Shown here one piece after another: positions 52,571 through 62,387 of a stretch of 64,000 nt of DNA. Numbering within the stretch: position 1 is the stretch's first letter; the number at the start of each line of letters is the position of its first letter. This DNA comes from Thalassobaculaceae bacterium (lineage in GTDB: Bacteria > Pseudomonadota > Alphaproteobacteria > Thalassobaculales > Thalassobaculaceae), in the NCBI GenBank assembly GCA_965228875.1, contig OZ245843.1:1594616-1658615 (forward strand), given 5' to 3'. A program made the position numbers and the translations under genes. The notes under the pieces were generated by a model. That model saw nothing but the letters and a program-made list of their open reading frames with translations. It was not told the origin of the DNA and did not search any database.

Positions 52571-53403
52571 TCCGGCGCCTCCAGCGCGGCACGCAGGTAC
52601 TCGGCCGCATCGACCGAGAACAGGCCGCTGCACGACAGGAACCGGCCCGGGACCGATACCGTACGCACCCGTTCCATCATCGCCGCGAGTTGCGGGTGAC
52701 GTGACGGCGACCAGGACGAACGGGCGACATCGTCGTCGTCGAAGAAGCTGCCGATGAACACGTCCGGCGGATCCATCACAAGTTCCTCGATGGCGATGGT
52801 GCGCCATCCCTTGTAGCCGATACCGGCAGCCATGTTCTCGAGACCGGCCATCCGGATCATATCGTCGACGTCGGTTCCGGCTCCGCCCGTGGTCCCGCTC
52901 GGCGTCAGATAGAGCGCCCGCAGATCGAGAGCCGGGCGGGCCGCCAACGCGGCGATCCGCAGGCGCCGGTCGGCGAGGAGTTCCTCGGCGGCCTCCTGTC
53001 GGTCGAGCGCGGCAGCCACCCGCTCCAAGTTGCCGAAGATCGTCTCGGTGTCGTGTCCGTAGACCACGTTGACGGTCAGGACGCCCGTGCGGTCCAGCAT
53101 GGACAGCAGTCGACCGTTGCCGCCCCAGAACCGCACGACGGCGTCAGGAGCGGCATGCAGGATCGCTTCTGAGACCGGTTCGATCTTCGCCAGTCCGACC
53201 GCGCGATCACGGTGATAGGAAAAGGCCTGTGCGGCGCGGGGGGACAGACCCCGGATCTGGGACCGGGCGGCGAGCGACAGCACATACTGGTCGGCGCAGT
53301 AGTCGATCGAGACGACGGACGGCGGCGCGGCGGCCGACGGCGGCGCCGCGCCCACTGCCGCAACCGCCACGCATGCCGCCAGAAATGCCGCCGCCCGCCC
53401 CAT
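52567..53403 (-). CDS. btuF: Periplasmic cobalamin/Fe-siderophore binding protein
   Basis: Signal peptide; VVSIDYCADQYVL motif; located between btuB and btuC. Confidence 0.82.
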   Translation of the reverse strand: MGRAAAFLAACVAVAAVGAAPPSAAAPPSVVSIDYCADQYVLSLAARSQIRGLSPRAAQAFSYHRDRAVGLAKIEPVSEAILHAAPDAVVRFWGGNGRLLSMLDRTGVLTVNVVYGHDTETIFGNLERVAAALDRQEAAEELLADRRLRIAALAARPALDLRALYLTPSGTTGGAGTDVDDMIRMAGLENMAAGIGYKGWRTIAIEELVMDPPDVFIGSFFDDDDVARSSWSPSRHPQLAAMMERVRTVSVPGRFLSCSGLFSVDAAEYLRAALEAPE

Positions 53404-53406
53404 GGC

Positions 53407-55293
53407 CTAGCGCCGATAGGTCAGGCGCAGGAAGAACGCCCGTCCCTGCTGGTTATAGAACGACGCGGTCTCGTACTCCTCGTCGAGCACGTTGGAGAGC
53501 TTCGCATCGACCCCCCAATTGTCCGTGACTGCCCAGTTGGCCCTTAGATCCAGGGTCGTATAGGAATCGAGGGTGCGAGTGTTGGCGAGGTCGTCGTAGC
53601 GCTCGCTCTCGTGGTGGACGTCGCCGCCGAGAGCGAACGTTCCGAGGCCGATACCGAGGGCGCCGAGGGTCCGGTCGAGCGAAACCGTGTACACCTGCTC
53701 GGCGCGACGCGGCAGACGGTTGCCGTCGTTGGATCCGCCCGAGGCGTTGCGCGGGTCGAGGAAGGTGGCGCTGGCCGTCAGCAGGAAGCCCTCGACCTCA
53801 CCGGAGGCCGACAGCTCCAGGCCGGTGATGCGCGCCTTGTCGACATTGGCCGGTGCGAAAATGGAGGCGTCGTAGGCGATCAGGTTGTCGATCTCGGTGT
53901 GGAACAGGTTGGCGCCGAGTTGGAAGCCGGCGACCGTCGCGGCGAGACCGACCTCGACGCTCTCCGACTGCTCCGGCTCGAGATCGGCGTTTCCGAATCC
54001 CGGAAAGTAGAGCTCGTTGAACGTCGGGGCCTTGAACGCCGTGCCGTAGGAGGCAGTCGCCCGCAGGTTCGGCGTGATGGCATAGCCGTAGGCGGCTCCG
54101 CCCGTCAGGTGACCGCCGAACTGTTCGTTCTCGTCCACCCGACCGCTGACCTGCATCGTGTGGCGATCGAACTCCGCGCGATGCTGGGCGAACACGCCGG
54201 TGTTGTCCCTGCTGCCTTCTTCATAGTCCGTCGTCCCGCTCACCTCGTCCCGCTGAAAATCGACACCGACAGTGCTCACATGGTCGTCGACGAAATGAAA
54301 ATCGTTCTGCAGCGACAGTGAGTTACGCTCGGTCTTGAAGTTCGTCTGAAAGGTTCCGTCCAGAAAATTGTCGCTGTCGTCCACGGTGTGTCCGAGCGCC
54401 GCGGTGACGTCCCAGAACTCGGTCGGCGAGGCCAGACCGCGCACACCGAGGACATAGTTCACGCTCTCGGACTCGTTGACGAAAGAACCGTCGAACTCAT
54501 TCTCACCTTTTGCGTAAATTCCATTCCCTTCAATTCTGATTCCATTGGAGAATTGGTAATCCAATGAACCCGTCACCGCACTCCGTTCGAACCCGTCCCG
54601 ATCCGGTTCGGAGGTGAAGCACCCAGCGGTCGGCACCGTGGTTCCGTCACCGCAGGCGTTGAAACCGTCGGTCCTGAGGTAGCTGGTCGAGACCGCGAAC
54701 CCGACGCCGGACTCCCGGCCCGAGAACCCCGCCTGTCCTTCCACCGTCTCGTCGGTACCGTAGCCGATGCTGGCATGGGCGCGCGTGGCCTCGGTCGGTC
54801 GGCGGGTGAAGATCTGAATGATGCCACCGAGCGCTTCGGAACCGTAGAGGTGCGAGCGCGGCCCGCGCACCACCTCGATCCGCTCCACCTCACCAATCGA
54901 CAGGCTCTCGAAGTTGAAGGTGCCGAGCGTCGCCGATCCGACCTTCACGCCGTTGACCAGGACCAGCAGATGATCGCTCTCGGTGCCGCGAACGAACGCC
55001 GACGTCGCCTTTCCGATCCCGCCGTTGTTGCTCAACGTCAGGCCCGGAACCCGCCGCAGTGCCTCCGGTACCGAGCGGATCTGGCGACGCTCGATCTCCG
55101 CACGCGTGATGACGGTCACCGGGGCAAGCGTCTCGTCCGCCGACTCGACGATTCTCGACGCCGTCACCACGATCTCCGGCGCCATCACGACAGGCGCAAC
55201 GTCGTCTTCCCCGGCGCTCTGTTGGGCGAACGCCGTTGCGGCGCCCAACGCCAAGGCGGTCGAGGCAACCGCCAGTCCCAGAACTTGCTTCAT
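53407..55293 (-). CDS. btuB: TonB-dependent vitamin B12 receptor
   Basis: Signal peptide; TonB box IVVTASR; plug motifs FVRGTESDH and ERIEVVRGPRS.LYGSEA.GG; YGTAFKAPTFNELY; downstream of a B12 riboswitch. Confidence 0.92.
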   Translation of the reverse strand: MKQVLGLAVASTALALGAATAFAQQSAGEDDVAPVVMAPEIVVTASRIVESADETLAPVTVITRAEIERRQIRSVPEALRRVPGLTLSNNGGIGKATSAFVRGTESDHLLVLVNGVKVGSATLGTFNFESLSIGEVERIEVVRGPRSHLYGSEALGGIIQIFTRRPTEATRAHASIGYGTDETVEGQAGFSGRESGVGFAVSTSYLRTDGFNACGDGTTVPTAGCFTSEPDRDGFERSAVTGSLDYQFSNGIRIEGNGIYAKGENEFDGSFVNESESVNYVLGVRGLASPTEFWDVTAALGHTVDDSDNFLDGTFQTNFKTERNSLSLQNDFHFVDDHVSTVGVDFQRDEVSGTTDYEEGSRDNTGVFAQHRAEFDRHTMQVSGRVDENEQFGGHLTGGAAYGYAITPNLRATASYGTAFKAPTFNELYFPGFGNADLEPEQSESVEVGLAATVAGFQLGANLFHTEIDNLIAYDASIFAPANVDKARITGLELSASGEVEGFLLTASATFLDPRNASGGSNDGNRLPRRAEQVYTVSLDRTLGALGIGLGTFALGGDVHHESERYDDLANTRTLDSYTTLDLRANWAVTDNWGVDAKLSNVLDEEYETASFYNQQGRAFFLRLTYRR

Positions 55294-55423
55294 TCCATTT
55301 CCCCCGTCCGGCGCCGACCCGCGCCGCGTTGCAATGCGACACCGAAGGGCTGGACGGAAGGGGACGGCCGTGGCGACGGCCCCGACCGGACCCGATCACC
55401 GCGCCCCGCGATATCGAGATGTC

Positions 55424-55616
55424 ACGCGGTGGCCGGTCTCCGGACTCGCGAGGAAGGGTTCTGGACCCCGATCCGTCCGCGCCTTCCCATGCCGAGGGGC
55501 ACAGTGGCGTTCAGCGGCGGATCAACCTCGCCTACCGTTGCGGGGGCAGTGCCGGCATCGGACCGGCTTCCCGTTTCATTCCGGACCACCTCTGCGGACC
55601 GGAACACCACACGCGA
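55424..55616 (-). promoter_or_regulatory. Cobalamin (AdoCbl) riboswitch
   Basis: Minus-strand motifs in order: AAACGGGAAGCCGGT, CTGCCCCCGCAACGGT, GCCACTG, GGGAAGG, GAGTCCGGAGACC; upstream of btuB. Confidence 0.93.
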
Positions 55617-55627
55617 TTGATCGGCGG

Positions 55628-55656
55628 ACGCTACGGACGAGGTTAGCGCCTGTCAA
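55628..55656 (-). promoter_or_regulatory. sigma70 promoter of the btuB operon
   Basis: TTGACA-N17-TAGCGT on the minus strand, placing +1 just before the riboswitch; a second TTGACA (55665-55670) faces ycbB. Confidence 0.65.
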
Positions 55657-55725
55657 TCGCCGCTTTGACATGGCGGCGAACCGCGTGACCATAGGGTTCC
55701 ACAACAATCGGGACGAGACGCCCTG

Positions 55726-57255
55726 ATGACCATCGCCAGCCTCCGCCGGGATACCGTCGCCGCGTTCATCGCTCTGATGACGGTGCTGGCACCGCCCGCT
55801 TTCGCGCAGGACGCCGGTCCGGCGGCCGCGGTCGAGGCGTTTCACGCCACCCGGGCCGGCAGCGGCGTCTGGGTCGAGGACACGTCTCCTCCTACCCTCA
55901 ACCGGCGGGGTGCCGCTGTCGCGGGCGTACTCGCCAACGCCGGGCGTCAGGGACTGGAGGCCGGCGACTACACACTGGGCTCCGCCGACACGCCGCAGGC
56001 ACTGGACCGGGCGCTGACGCGCGCGCTGCTGAACTACCTGACCGACCTCCAGGCCGGGCGGATCGCGCCGCGGGAAGCGGATCCCGACCTGTTCGTGTTC
56101 CGCCGCGAGATCGACGCGCCCGTCCTGCTCGCTCGGGTGGAGAGATCCGACGATCCCCAGAAGACCCTGGCCGATCTCGCGCCGGCCAATCCCATCTATC
56201 GGCGCCTGCGCAGGCTGCTGCTGGAATATCGGGCGATCGCCACCGCCGGCGGGTGGGGCGTCGTCTCGGCGGGCGATGCCCTGAAACCCGGCATGACCGA
56301 CCCGAGGATCGCGGAGGTTCGGGCCCGGCTCGCCGTCACCCACGACCTGACCCCGGACGGAGCGCTCTCCGAGCAGTACGACCCCACACTCGAGCAGGGT
56401 GTCCGCCAGTTTCAGCGGCGCCACGGGCTCGACTCCGACGGCGTGATCGGCGCGAGGACGCTGGCCGCACTCAACGTCCCTGTCGGGGAGCGGATCCGGC
56501 AGATCATTCTGAACATGGAGCGGTTCCGCTGGATGCCGGATGATTTCGGCGACGACCATGTGTTCGTGAACATGGCCGGCTTCGAGCTCGACTACATCGT
56601 CCACGGCGAGACGCGCCTGTCGATGCGGGTGATCGTCGGCCGCCCGTACCGCGAAACGCCGATCTTCAGCGATGCCATTCGATATATGGAGTTCAACCCC
56701 ACCTGGACCGTCCCGCCCCGGATCGCGATCAACGATCTCCTGCCCAAGATCCGCAAGGATCCGTCATTCCTGGGCGCCGGCGGATACGAGGTCTTTGCCG
56801 GCTGGCAGGACGGCGCCGCGCGGCTCGACCCGGCCGGTATAGACTGGTCGACGGTCGGCAAGGGCCGGTTCCCCTACCGTCTGCGCCAGGCGCCGGGGGA
56901 CAAGAACGCGCTCGGACAGGTCAAGTTCATGTTTCCCAACCGGTTCGACGTCTACCTGCACGACACGCCGTCGCGGGAGCTGTTCCGCAAATCCGTCCGC
57001 AACTTCAGTTCCGGCTGCATACGCCTGGAGAAACCGCTGGCCCTCGCCGAGGCGATGCTGCAGGCCGATGGACAGGATCCTGGGCGGGTTCGCACCGTTC
57101 TCGCCTCGAAGAAGACGACCCGGATCAGTTTCGCCACGCCGGTTCCGGTGCATCTCGCCTATCTGACGGCATGGATCGGTGAAGGCGGCACGGTTGAGTT
57201 CCGCGACGACATCTACGGCCGGGACGCCCTGCTGGCGAAGGCGCTCGGCCTGTGA
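55726..57255 (+). CDS. ycbB: L,D-transpeptidase with peptidoglycan-binding domain (YcbB/LdtD-like)
   Basis: Signal peptide; FQRRHGL..DGVIG.RTL, NMERFRW, NPTWTVP, QAPG.KNALG.VKFMFPN and YLHDTP...SSGCIRL motifs. Confidence 0.92.
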   Translation: MTIASLRRDTVAAFIALMTVLAPPAFAQDAGPAAAVEAFHATRAGSGVWVEDTSPPTLNRRGAAVAGVLANAGRQGLEAGDYTLGSADTPQALDRALTRALLNYLTDLQAGRIAPREADPDLFVFRREIDAPVLLARVERSDDPQKTLADLAPANPIYRRLRRLLLEYRAIATAGGWGVVSAGDALKPGMTDPRIAEVRARLAVTHDLTPDGALSEQYDPTLEQGVRQFQRRHGLDSDGVIGARTLAALNVPVGERIRQIILNMERFRWMPDDFGDDHVFVNMAGFELDYIVHGETRLSMRVIVGRPYRETPIFSDAIRYMEFNPTWTVPPRIAINDLLPKIRKDPSFLGAGGYEVFAGWQDGAARLDPAGIDWSTVGKGRFPYRLRQAPGDKNALGQVKFMFPNRFDVYLHDTPSRELFRKSVRNFSSGCIRLEKPLALAEAMLQADGQDPGRVRTVLASKKTTRISFATPVPVHLAYLTAWIGEGGTVEFRDDIYGRDALLAKALGL

Positions 57256-57341
57256 AGCCGACGATGAAATCGCTTGCGCGAATCCCGGCGCCGCGACAAA
57301 GAGTGGCCGAGGCGCGAAGGCGCGATGGAGACCCTTTCGAG

Positions 57342-57920
57342 ATGAAGACGGATCAGCACCCCAACCGCACCAAGACCCTGTCGAGACGGGCCGCACTCGG
57401 CGGCCTCGGCGCCCTGGCGCTGCTCCTTGCCGGCGGGCAGCCTGCCCGATCCGCCATCGTCCGCGCCCACGACACCCGCACGCTGAAGCTGCGCCATCTG
57501 CACACGGGCGAGCGGCTGGACATCACCTACTTCCGCAACGGCGCCTACGACCGCGACGCGCTGGACAGGTTGAACCACTATCTGCGGGACCATCGCGACG
57601 GCACCGTCCACCGGATCGACCCCGGGGTCATCGACTTCCTGCACGACCTGACCGAGAAGCTCGACGTGGGCAAACGGATCGACATCGTCTGCGGTTACCG
57701 CTCGCCGCGCACCAACGCCCTGCTCCGTGCCAAGAGTTCAGGTGTGGCCAAGCGCAGCCTGCACATGCAGGGCAAGGCCCTCGACATTCGGGTCCCCGGC
57801 CGGCGGGTGCGGACCGTGGCCAAGGCGGCGCAGTCCCTGCGGCGTGGCGGAGTGGGCAGCTACTCGCGCTCCAACTTCGTGCATATCGACACCGGCCAGG
57901 TCCGAAGCTGGGGCACCTGA
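57342..57920 (+). CDS. ycbK: YcbK/DUF882 (peptidase M15, MepK-like) with Tat signal
   Basis: LSRRAALG, HTGE, GYRSP.TN, SLHMQGKALDI and FVHIDTG motifs; follows ycbB. Confidence 0.88.
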   Translation: MKTDQHPNRTKTLSRRAALGGLGALALLLAGGQPARSAIVRAHDTRTLKLRHLHTGERLDITYFRNGAYDRDALDRLNHYLRDHRDGTVHRIDPGVIDFLHDLTEKLDVGKRIDIVCGYRSPRTNALLRAKSSGVAKRSLHMQGKALDIRVPGRRVRTVAKAAQSLRRGGVGSYSRSNFVHIDTGQVRSWGT

Positions 57921-57924
57921 GGCG

Positions 57925-58356
57925 CTAATCGCAGGCTTCGCCCAGCGCATAGGTGTAGCTTGTCGCCTCCCCGGCAGCGCCGGTCACATGGTCGAAGGTC
58001 AGGGCCTCGCCGGTTCGGGTGACGCGGAAACAGCCTTCCCGTCCGTCCGCCCAGCGGTTGTTCCAGGTCCGGCAATAGAGGTTGTCGGCCGTGACCCGCC
58101 AGACACCGGTCGCCTCCTCCCGCGTCTCGCCGGCCAGCACAAGGCCCGTCATCGTCCCGTCCTTGCTGTGCCGGCCGGTGTAGCGCCACTGACCGAGCAG
58201 GGCCTTGCCGCAGCGGGTCAGCGCCGACCGCGTCACCGCCGCACGGATCTCCTCGGAGGTCAGGATCGCACCGTCCGGCGGCGGCGAGGCGCATCCTGCA
58301 AGGGTCAGGAGCGTGAGAGCGCCGGCTAAACTCATCGATCGGGCTCGAACGGGCAT
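57925..58356 (-). CDS. Hypothetical lipoprotein
   Basis: SD GGAGGA; lipobox LAG|C; G.WRV....YC..W beta-rich domain. Confidence 0.72.
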   Translation of the reverse strand: MPVRARSMSLAGALTLLTLAGCASPPPDGAILTSEEIRAAVTRSALTRCGKALLGQWRYTGRHSKDGTMTGLVLAGETREEATGVWRVTADNLYCRTWNNRWADGREGCFRVTRTGEALTFDHVTGAAGEATSYTYALGEACD

Positions 58357-58457
58357 CGGTTCCTCCGTCACTGCGGTGGACCGATCATACCACCCGAACA
58401 ACAGCCCGGCCCGAACATCAGCGCGGCAGTGGAGATCGGGCGGGCGTCAAAGCCGCG

Positions 58458-58700
58458 TCAGGACGCCGTCGCGGTCCCCGGTCCGCCATCCTCGGCAATG
58501 ACGATCCGCGCGCCCTGAAGCGCCAGGGGATCGAACTCGGCCTCGTCCTCGGCGATCTGCGCCGCGAGATGGGCGCGCATGCGCGGGTCCCAGAAGTCGC
58601 GGATATGCTGGGCCACCCCGGCAACCGCCTCCGCTTCCGGATAGGGTCGGAAAAAACCGGCGATCTGGTTGGCCATGCGGACGATGTCGCGGCGATTCAT
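58458..58700 (-). CDS. fdsD: NAD-dependent formate dehydrogenase delta subunit
   Basis: IVRMANQIAGFF...HIRDFWDPRMR signature. Confidence 0.93.
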   Translation of the reverse strand: MNRRDIVRMANQIAGFFRPYPEAEAVAGVAQHIRDFWDPRMRAHLAAQIAEDEAEFDPLALQGARIVIAEDGGPGTATAS

Positions 58701-59524
58701 GCCACCTGCTCCCTGTGCTGACCGCGCGCGTCGAACACCATGATCCCCTCGCCGGCGAGGCTGGCCAGCCCCATGCCGCAGCGCGCCGCCACGTCGAGCG
58801 CCAACTTGCTGGGCGCCGAGACGGCCGCGAGGAACGGCGCGCCCGCCACCGCCGCCTTCTGGACCAGCTCCACACTGATCCGGCTGGACATCAGAATGAA
58901 GCCGCCGCGGGCGTCTCGCCCCTCCCGGACCAGCGAGCCGACCAGCTTGTCCAGGGCGTTGTGCCGGCCGATATCCTCGCGCACCCGCTCGATCGTCCCA
59001 TCGGCGCGGCAGAAGGCGGCCGCATGGGTCGAGTGGTTGGTGCGGTTCATCACCTGTTGCCCCCGCAACGCCTCATAGGCCCGGGTCAACGACCCGGCCT
59101 CTGGTGTCCGGCCCGAGACCCGCGGCGGGCGCGGCACCGCCGCCTCGACCGTCTGCGCTCCGCAGATACCGCAGCCGGAGCGGCCCACGATCGCCCTCCT
59201 GCGCTCCCCGGCGGCGGCGGCAAGCCGCCCGTCGCCCCGCAGATTCACGACATACCCACCGCTCGCCTCGGCGATCCGAAGGCTGTCGATCCGCCGCGCC
59301 GCCGGCACGATCCCCTCGGTCAGCGCGAAGCCAACCGCGAAGTCCTCGAGGTCCGACGGGGTCGCCATCATAACCGCGAAGGACTCGCCGTTCACCAGTA
59401 TCGCGACGGGGCTCTCCTCGGGGACCTGCCATGTGGCCGGCGCGACGCCGTCCCCGGTGACAAGGATGCCCGAGACCGTCGGCGAGAGGTCCGCCGGAGG
59501 CGTGTCCAGGCGCCGGACGTCCAC
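58697..59524 (-). CDS. fdhD: Formate dehydrogenase accessory sulfurtransferase FdhD/FdsC
   Basis: EESPVAI, VMMATPSDLEDFAVGF.LTEG, SGCGICG, HAAA, REDIGRHNALDKL and VSAPS motifs; the track ORF's extension to 61738 is spurious. Confidence 0.9.
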   Translation of the reverse strand: MDVRRLDTPPADLSPTVSGILVTGDGVAPATWQVPEESPVAILVNGESFAVMMATPSDLEDFAVGFALTEGIVPAARRIDSLRIAEASGGYVVNLRGDGRLAAAAGERRRAIVGRSGCGICGAQTVEAAVPRPPRVSGRTPEAGSLTRAYEALRGQQVMNRTNHSTHAAAFCRADGTIERVREDIGRHNALDKLVGSLVREGRDARGGFILMSSRISVELVQKAAVAGAPFLAAVSAPSKLALDVAARCGMGLASLAGEGIMVFDARGQHREQVA

Positions 59525-59529
59525 CGCCG

Positions 59530-62376
59530 CTACTCCGCCGCCACCACGAACTGGCGCTCGTGCACCTCCCGGAAGTGCTCCTGCCAGTCGGACGGCCGGT
59601 TCGAGCGCGTCACCTGTACGGCCGTGACCTTGTACTCCGGACAGTTGGTCGCCCAGTCCGAGAATTCGGTGGTGATGACGTTGGCGCCGCTCACCGGGTG
59701 GTGGAACGTGGTGTAGACCACCCCCTGCGGCACCCGGTCGGTGATCGTCGCCCGCAGGACCGTCGCGCCGATGCGCGATCCGATACTGACCATGTCTCCC
59801 TCGCCGATCCCGCGCTCCTCGGCGTCGTGGGGATGGATCTCCAACCGGTCCTCGGCATGCCAGCGGTCGTTTTCGGTCCGACGCGTCTGGGCGCCGACGT
59901 TGTACTGGCTGAGAATCCGGCCGGTCGTCAGGATCAGCGGATAGTGACGGTTCGTCCGCTCGTCCGTCGGCACATACTCGGTCACCATGAAGCGGCCCTT
60001 GCCGCGCACGAAGCCGTCCCTGTGCATGGTCGGCGTACCGTCTGGTGCCGCCGCGGTCACCGGCCATTGCAGGGACGGGCCGCTGTCCAGCCGGGCATGG
60101 CTGACACCGGCGAAGGTCGGGGTCAGGGCGGCGATCTCGTCCATGATCTCCGCGGCCGACGTGTAGGACATGCCCGCGTAGCCCATCGCATTGGCGAGAC
60201 GGCAGACGGCCTCCCACTCGCTCAGGCCGGTCGCCTCCTTCATCACCGGACGCACCCGGTTGATCCGCCGCTCCGCGTTGGTGAAGGTGCCGTCCTTCTC
60301 CAGGAAGGAAGTGCCCGGCAGGAAGACATGGGCGTAGCCGGCGGTCTCGTTCAGGAACAGATCCTGAACCACGACGCAGTCCATCGCCTCGAGCGCGGCG
60401 GTCACATGCTTGGTGTTTGGATCGGACTGGGCGATGTCCTCGCCCTGGATGAAGATGCCGCGATAGGTGCCGTCGAGGGCGGCGGCCAGCATGTTCGGGA
60501 TCCGCAGCCCGGGCTCGTTCAGCAGCGGCCGGCCCCAGGCCTGTTCGAACTGGGTTCGGGTCGCGTCGTCGGAGACATGGCGATAGCCCGGAAACTCGTG
60601 CGGGAAACTGCCCATGTCGCAGGAACCCTGCACGTTGTTCTGGCCACGCAGCGGGTTCACGCCCACACCCTCGCGGCCGATGTTGCCGGTGGCCATGGCA
60701 AGGTTGGCCATGGCCATCACCATGGTCGAACCCTGGCTGTGCTCGGTCACGCCGAGGCCGTAGTAGATCGCGCCATTGCCGGCGGAGGCGTAGAGGCGCG
60801 CCGCGGCCCGCAGGGTCTCGGCATCGGTGCCGATCCGCTCCGCCAGCGCCTCGGGGGAATTGCGCTCCTCGGCGACGAACGACTTCCAGCGCCGGAAATC
60901 CTCGTCCTCGCAGCGTTCGGCGACGAACGTCTCGTCGACCAGCCCCTCGGTGACGATGGTGTGCGCCAGCGCGTTCATCACCGCCACGTTGGTGCCGGGG
61001 CGGAGCTGGATATGCCGGGCCGCCCGGATGTGCGGCGACTCCACCAGGTCGATGCGGCGCGGGTCGCAAACGATGATCTGAGCCCCCTCGCGCAGCCGCT
61101 TCTTCATCCGCGAGGCGAAGACCGGATGGGCGTCGGTCGGGTTCGCGCCGATCAGCAGGATGACGTCGGCCTTCTCGACCGACTTGAAGTTCTGGGTTCC
61201 GGCCGACGTGCCGAACGTCGTCTTCAGGCCGTAGCCTGTCGGCGAGTGGCAGACCCGCGCGCAGGTGTCGACATTGTTGTTGCCGAAGGCGGCGCGGACC
61301 ATTTTCTGGACGACGTACACCTCCTCGTTCGTGCAGCGCGAGGAGGTGATGCCGCCGATCGCGCCGACTCCGCTCTCCGCCTGGATCTGCTTGAACCGGT
61401 CGGCGGCGAAGTCGATCGCCTCGTCCCACGTCACCACGCGCCACGGATCGGTGATCCTGTCGCGCACCATCGGCGTGGTCACCCGATCCTTGTGGGTCGC
61501 ATAGCCCCACGCGAACCGGCCCTTCACGCAGGAATGGCCCTCGTTGGCGCCGCCATCCTTGTGCGGCACCATGCGCACGACCTCGCTTCCCTGAAGCTCG
61601 GCCTTGAAGGAACAGCCGACGCCGCAATAAGCGCAGGTGGTCTCCACCGAGCGGGTGGGAACCCCTTTCTCGACCACGGAGGCTTCCATCAGCGTCGCCG
61701 TCGGGCAGGCCTGGACGCAGGCACCGCAGGACACGCACTCGGAGGAGAAGAAATCGTCGATCTCGGTGCCGGCCGACACCATGGAGGCGAAGCCGCGCCC
61801 GTCAATGGTCAGCGCGAAGGTGCCCTGCACCTCCTCGCAGGCGCGCACGCACCGCGAGCAGACGATGCATTTGGCCGGATCGAACTGGAAATACGGGTTA
61901 GAGGTGTCGACCGGCTTGCGGCTCTCCGCCTCGAAGTGGTTGGCCCCGTCCATGCCGTAGCGCACCTCGCGCAGGCCGACCGCCCCCGCCATGTCCTGCA
62001 GTTCACAATCGCCGTTCGCCGCGCAGGTCAGGCAGTCCAGCGGGTGGTCGGAGATGTAGAGCTCCATCACCCCCTTGCGGATCTTCGCCAGGCGGTCGTT
62101 CTGGGTGGTGACGACCATGCCGGCGCGCACCGGCGTGGTGCAGGAGGCGGGGGTTCCTTTGACCCCCTCGATCTCAACCAGGCACATCCGGCAGGAGCCC
62201 CAGGAATCGAGCCGGTCGGTGGCGCAGAGCTTGGGGATAGGCCGCTCGACCTCGGCGGCGGCGCGCATGATCGAGGTGCCCTCCGGCACCGTCACCGCGA
62301 CCCCGTCGATGGTCAGCGTCACCGGTGCGCCGTCCCGCGCCGGCGTGCCATAGTCCTTTTCCTTGAGAAGGGCCAT
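59530..62376 (-). CDS. fdsA: NAD-dependent formate dehydrogenase alpha subunit (Mo, Cys ligand)
   Basis: N-terminal Fe-S motifs (HPLDCLTC, CIVCSRCVRAC, CVSCGACVQACP, CAYCGVGC); TCARVCH and PLRGQNNVQG. Confidence 0.95.
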   Translation of the reverse strand: MALLKEKDYGTPARDGAPVTLTIDGVAVTVPEGTSIMRAAAEVERPIPKLCATDRLDSWGSCRMCLVEIEGVKGTPASCTTPVRAGMVVTTQNDRLAKIRKGVMELYISDHPLDCLTCAANGDCELQDMAGAVGLREVRYGMDGANHFEAESRKPVDTSNPYFQFDPAKCIVCSRCVRACEEVQGTFALTIDGRGFASMVSAGTEIDDFFSSECVSCGACVQACPTATLMEASVVEKGVPTRSVETTCAYCGVGCSFKAELQGSEVVRMVPHKDGGANEGHSCVKGRFAWGYATHKDRVTTPMVRDRITDPWRVVTWDEAIDFAADRFKQIQAESGVGAIGGITSSRCTNEEVYVVQKMVRAAFGNNNVDTCARVCHSPTGYGLKTTFGTSAGTQNFKSVEKADVILLIGANPTDAHPVFASRMKKRLREGAQIIVCDPRRIDLVESPHIRAARHIQLRPGTNVAVMNALAHTIVTEGLVDETFVAERCEDEDFRRWKSFVAEERNSPEALAERIGTDAETLRAAARLYASAGNGAIYYGLGVTEHSQGSTMVMAMANLAMATGNIGREGVGVNPLRGQNNVQGSCDMGSFPHEFPGYRHVSDDATRTQFEQAWGRPLLNEPGLRIPNMLAAALDGTYRGIFIQGEDIAQSDPNTKHVTAALEAMDCVVVQDLFLNETAGYAHVFLPGTSFLEKDGTFTNAERRINRVRPVMKEATGLSEWEAVCRLANAMGYAGMSYTSAAEIMDEIAALTPTFAGVSHARLDSGPSLQWPVTAAAPDGTPTMHRDGFVRGKGRFMVTEYVPTDERTNRHYPLILTTGRILSQYNVGAQTRRTENDRWHAEDRLEIHPHDAEERGIGEGDMVSIGSRIGATVLRATITDRVPQGVVYTTFHHPVSGANVITTEFSDWATNCPEYKVTAVQVTRSNRPSDWQEHFREVHERQFVVAAE

Positions 62377-62387
62377 CCGTCGCTCTC

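Noticed and set aside
59525..61738. 1,013-aa ORF suggesting a long N-terminal extension or fusion of FdhD
   Set aside because: The extension overlaps fdsA in another frame and is low-information Arg/Gly/Pro text; FdhD homology starts near 59524, which has its own SD.
59530..62376. Possible selenocysteine in formate dehydrogenase
   Set aside because: The active-site residue is Cys (TCARVCH) and the frame has no internal TGA.
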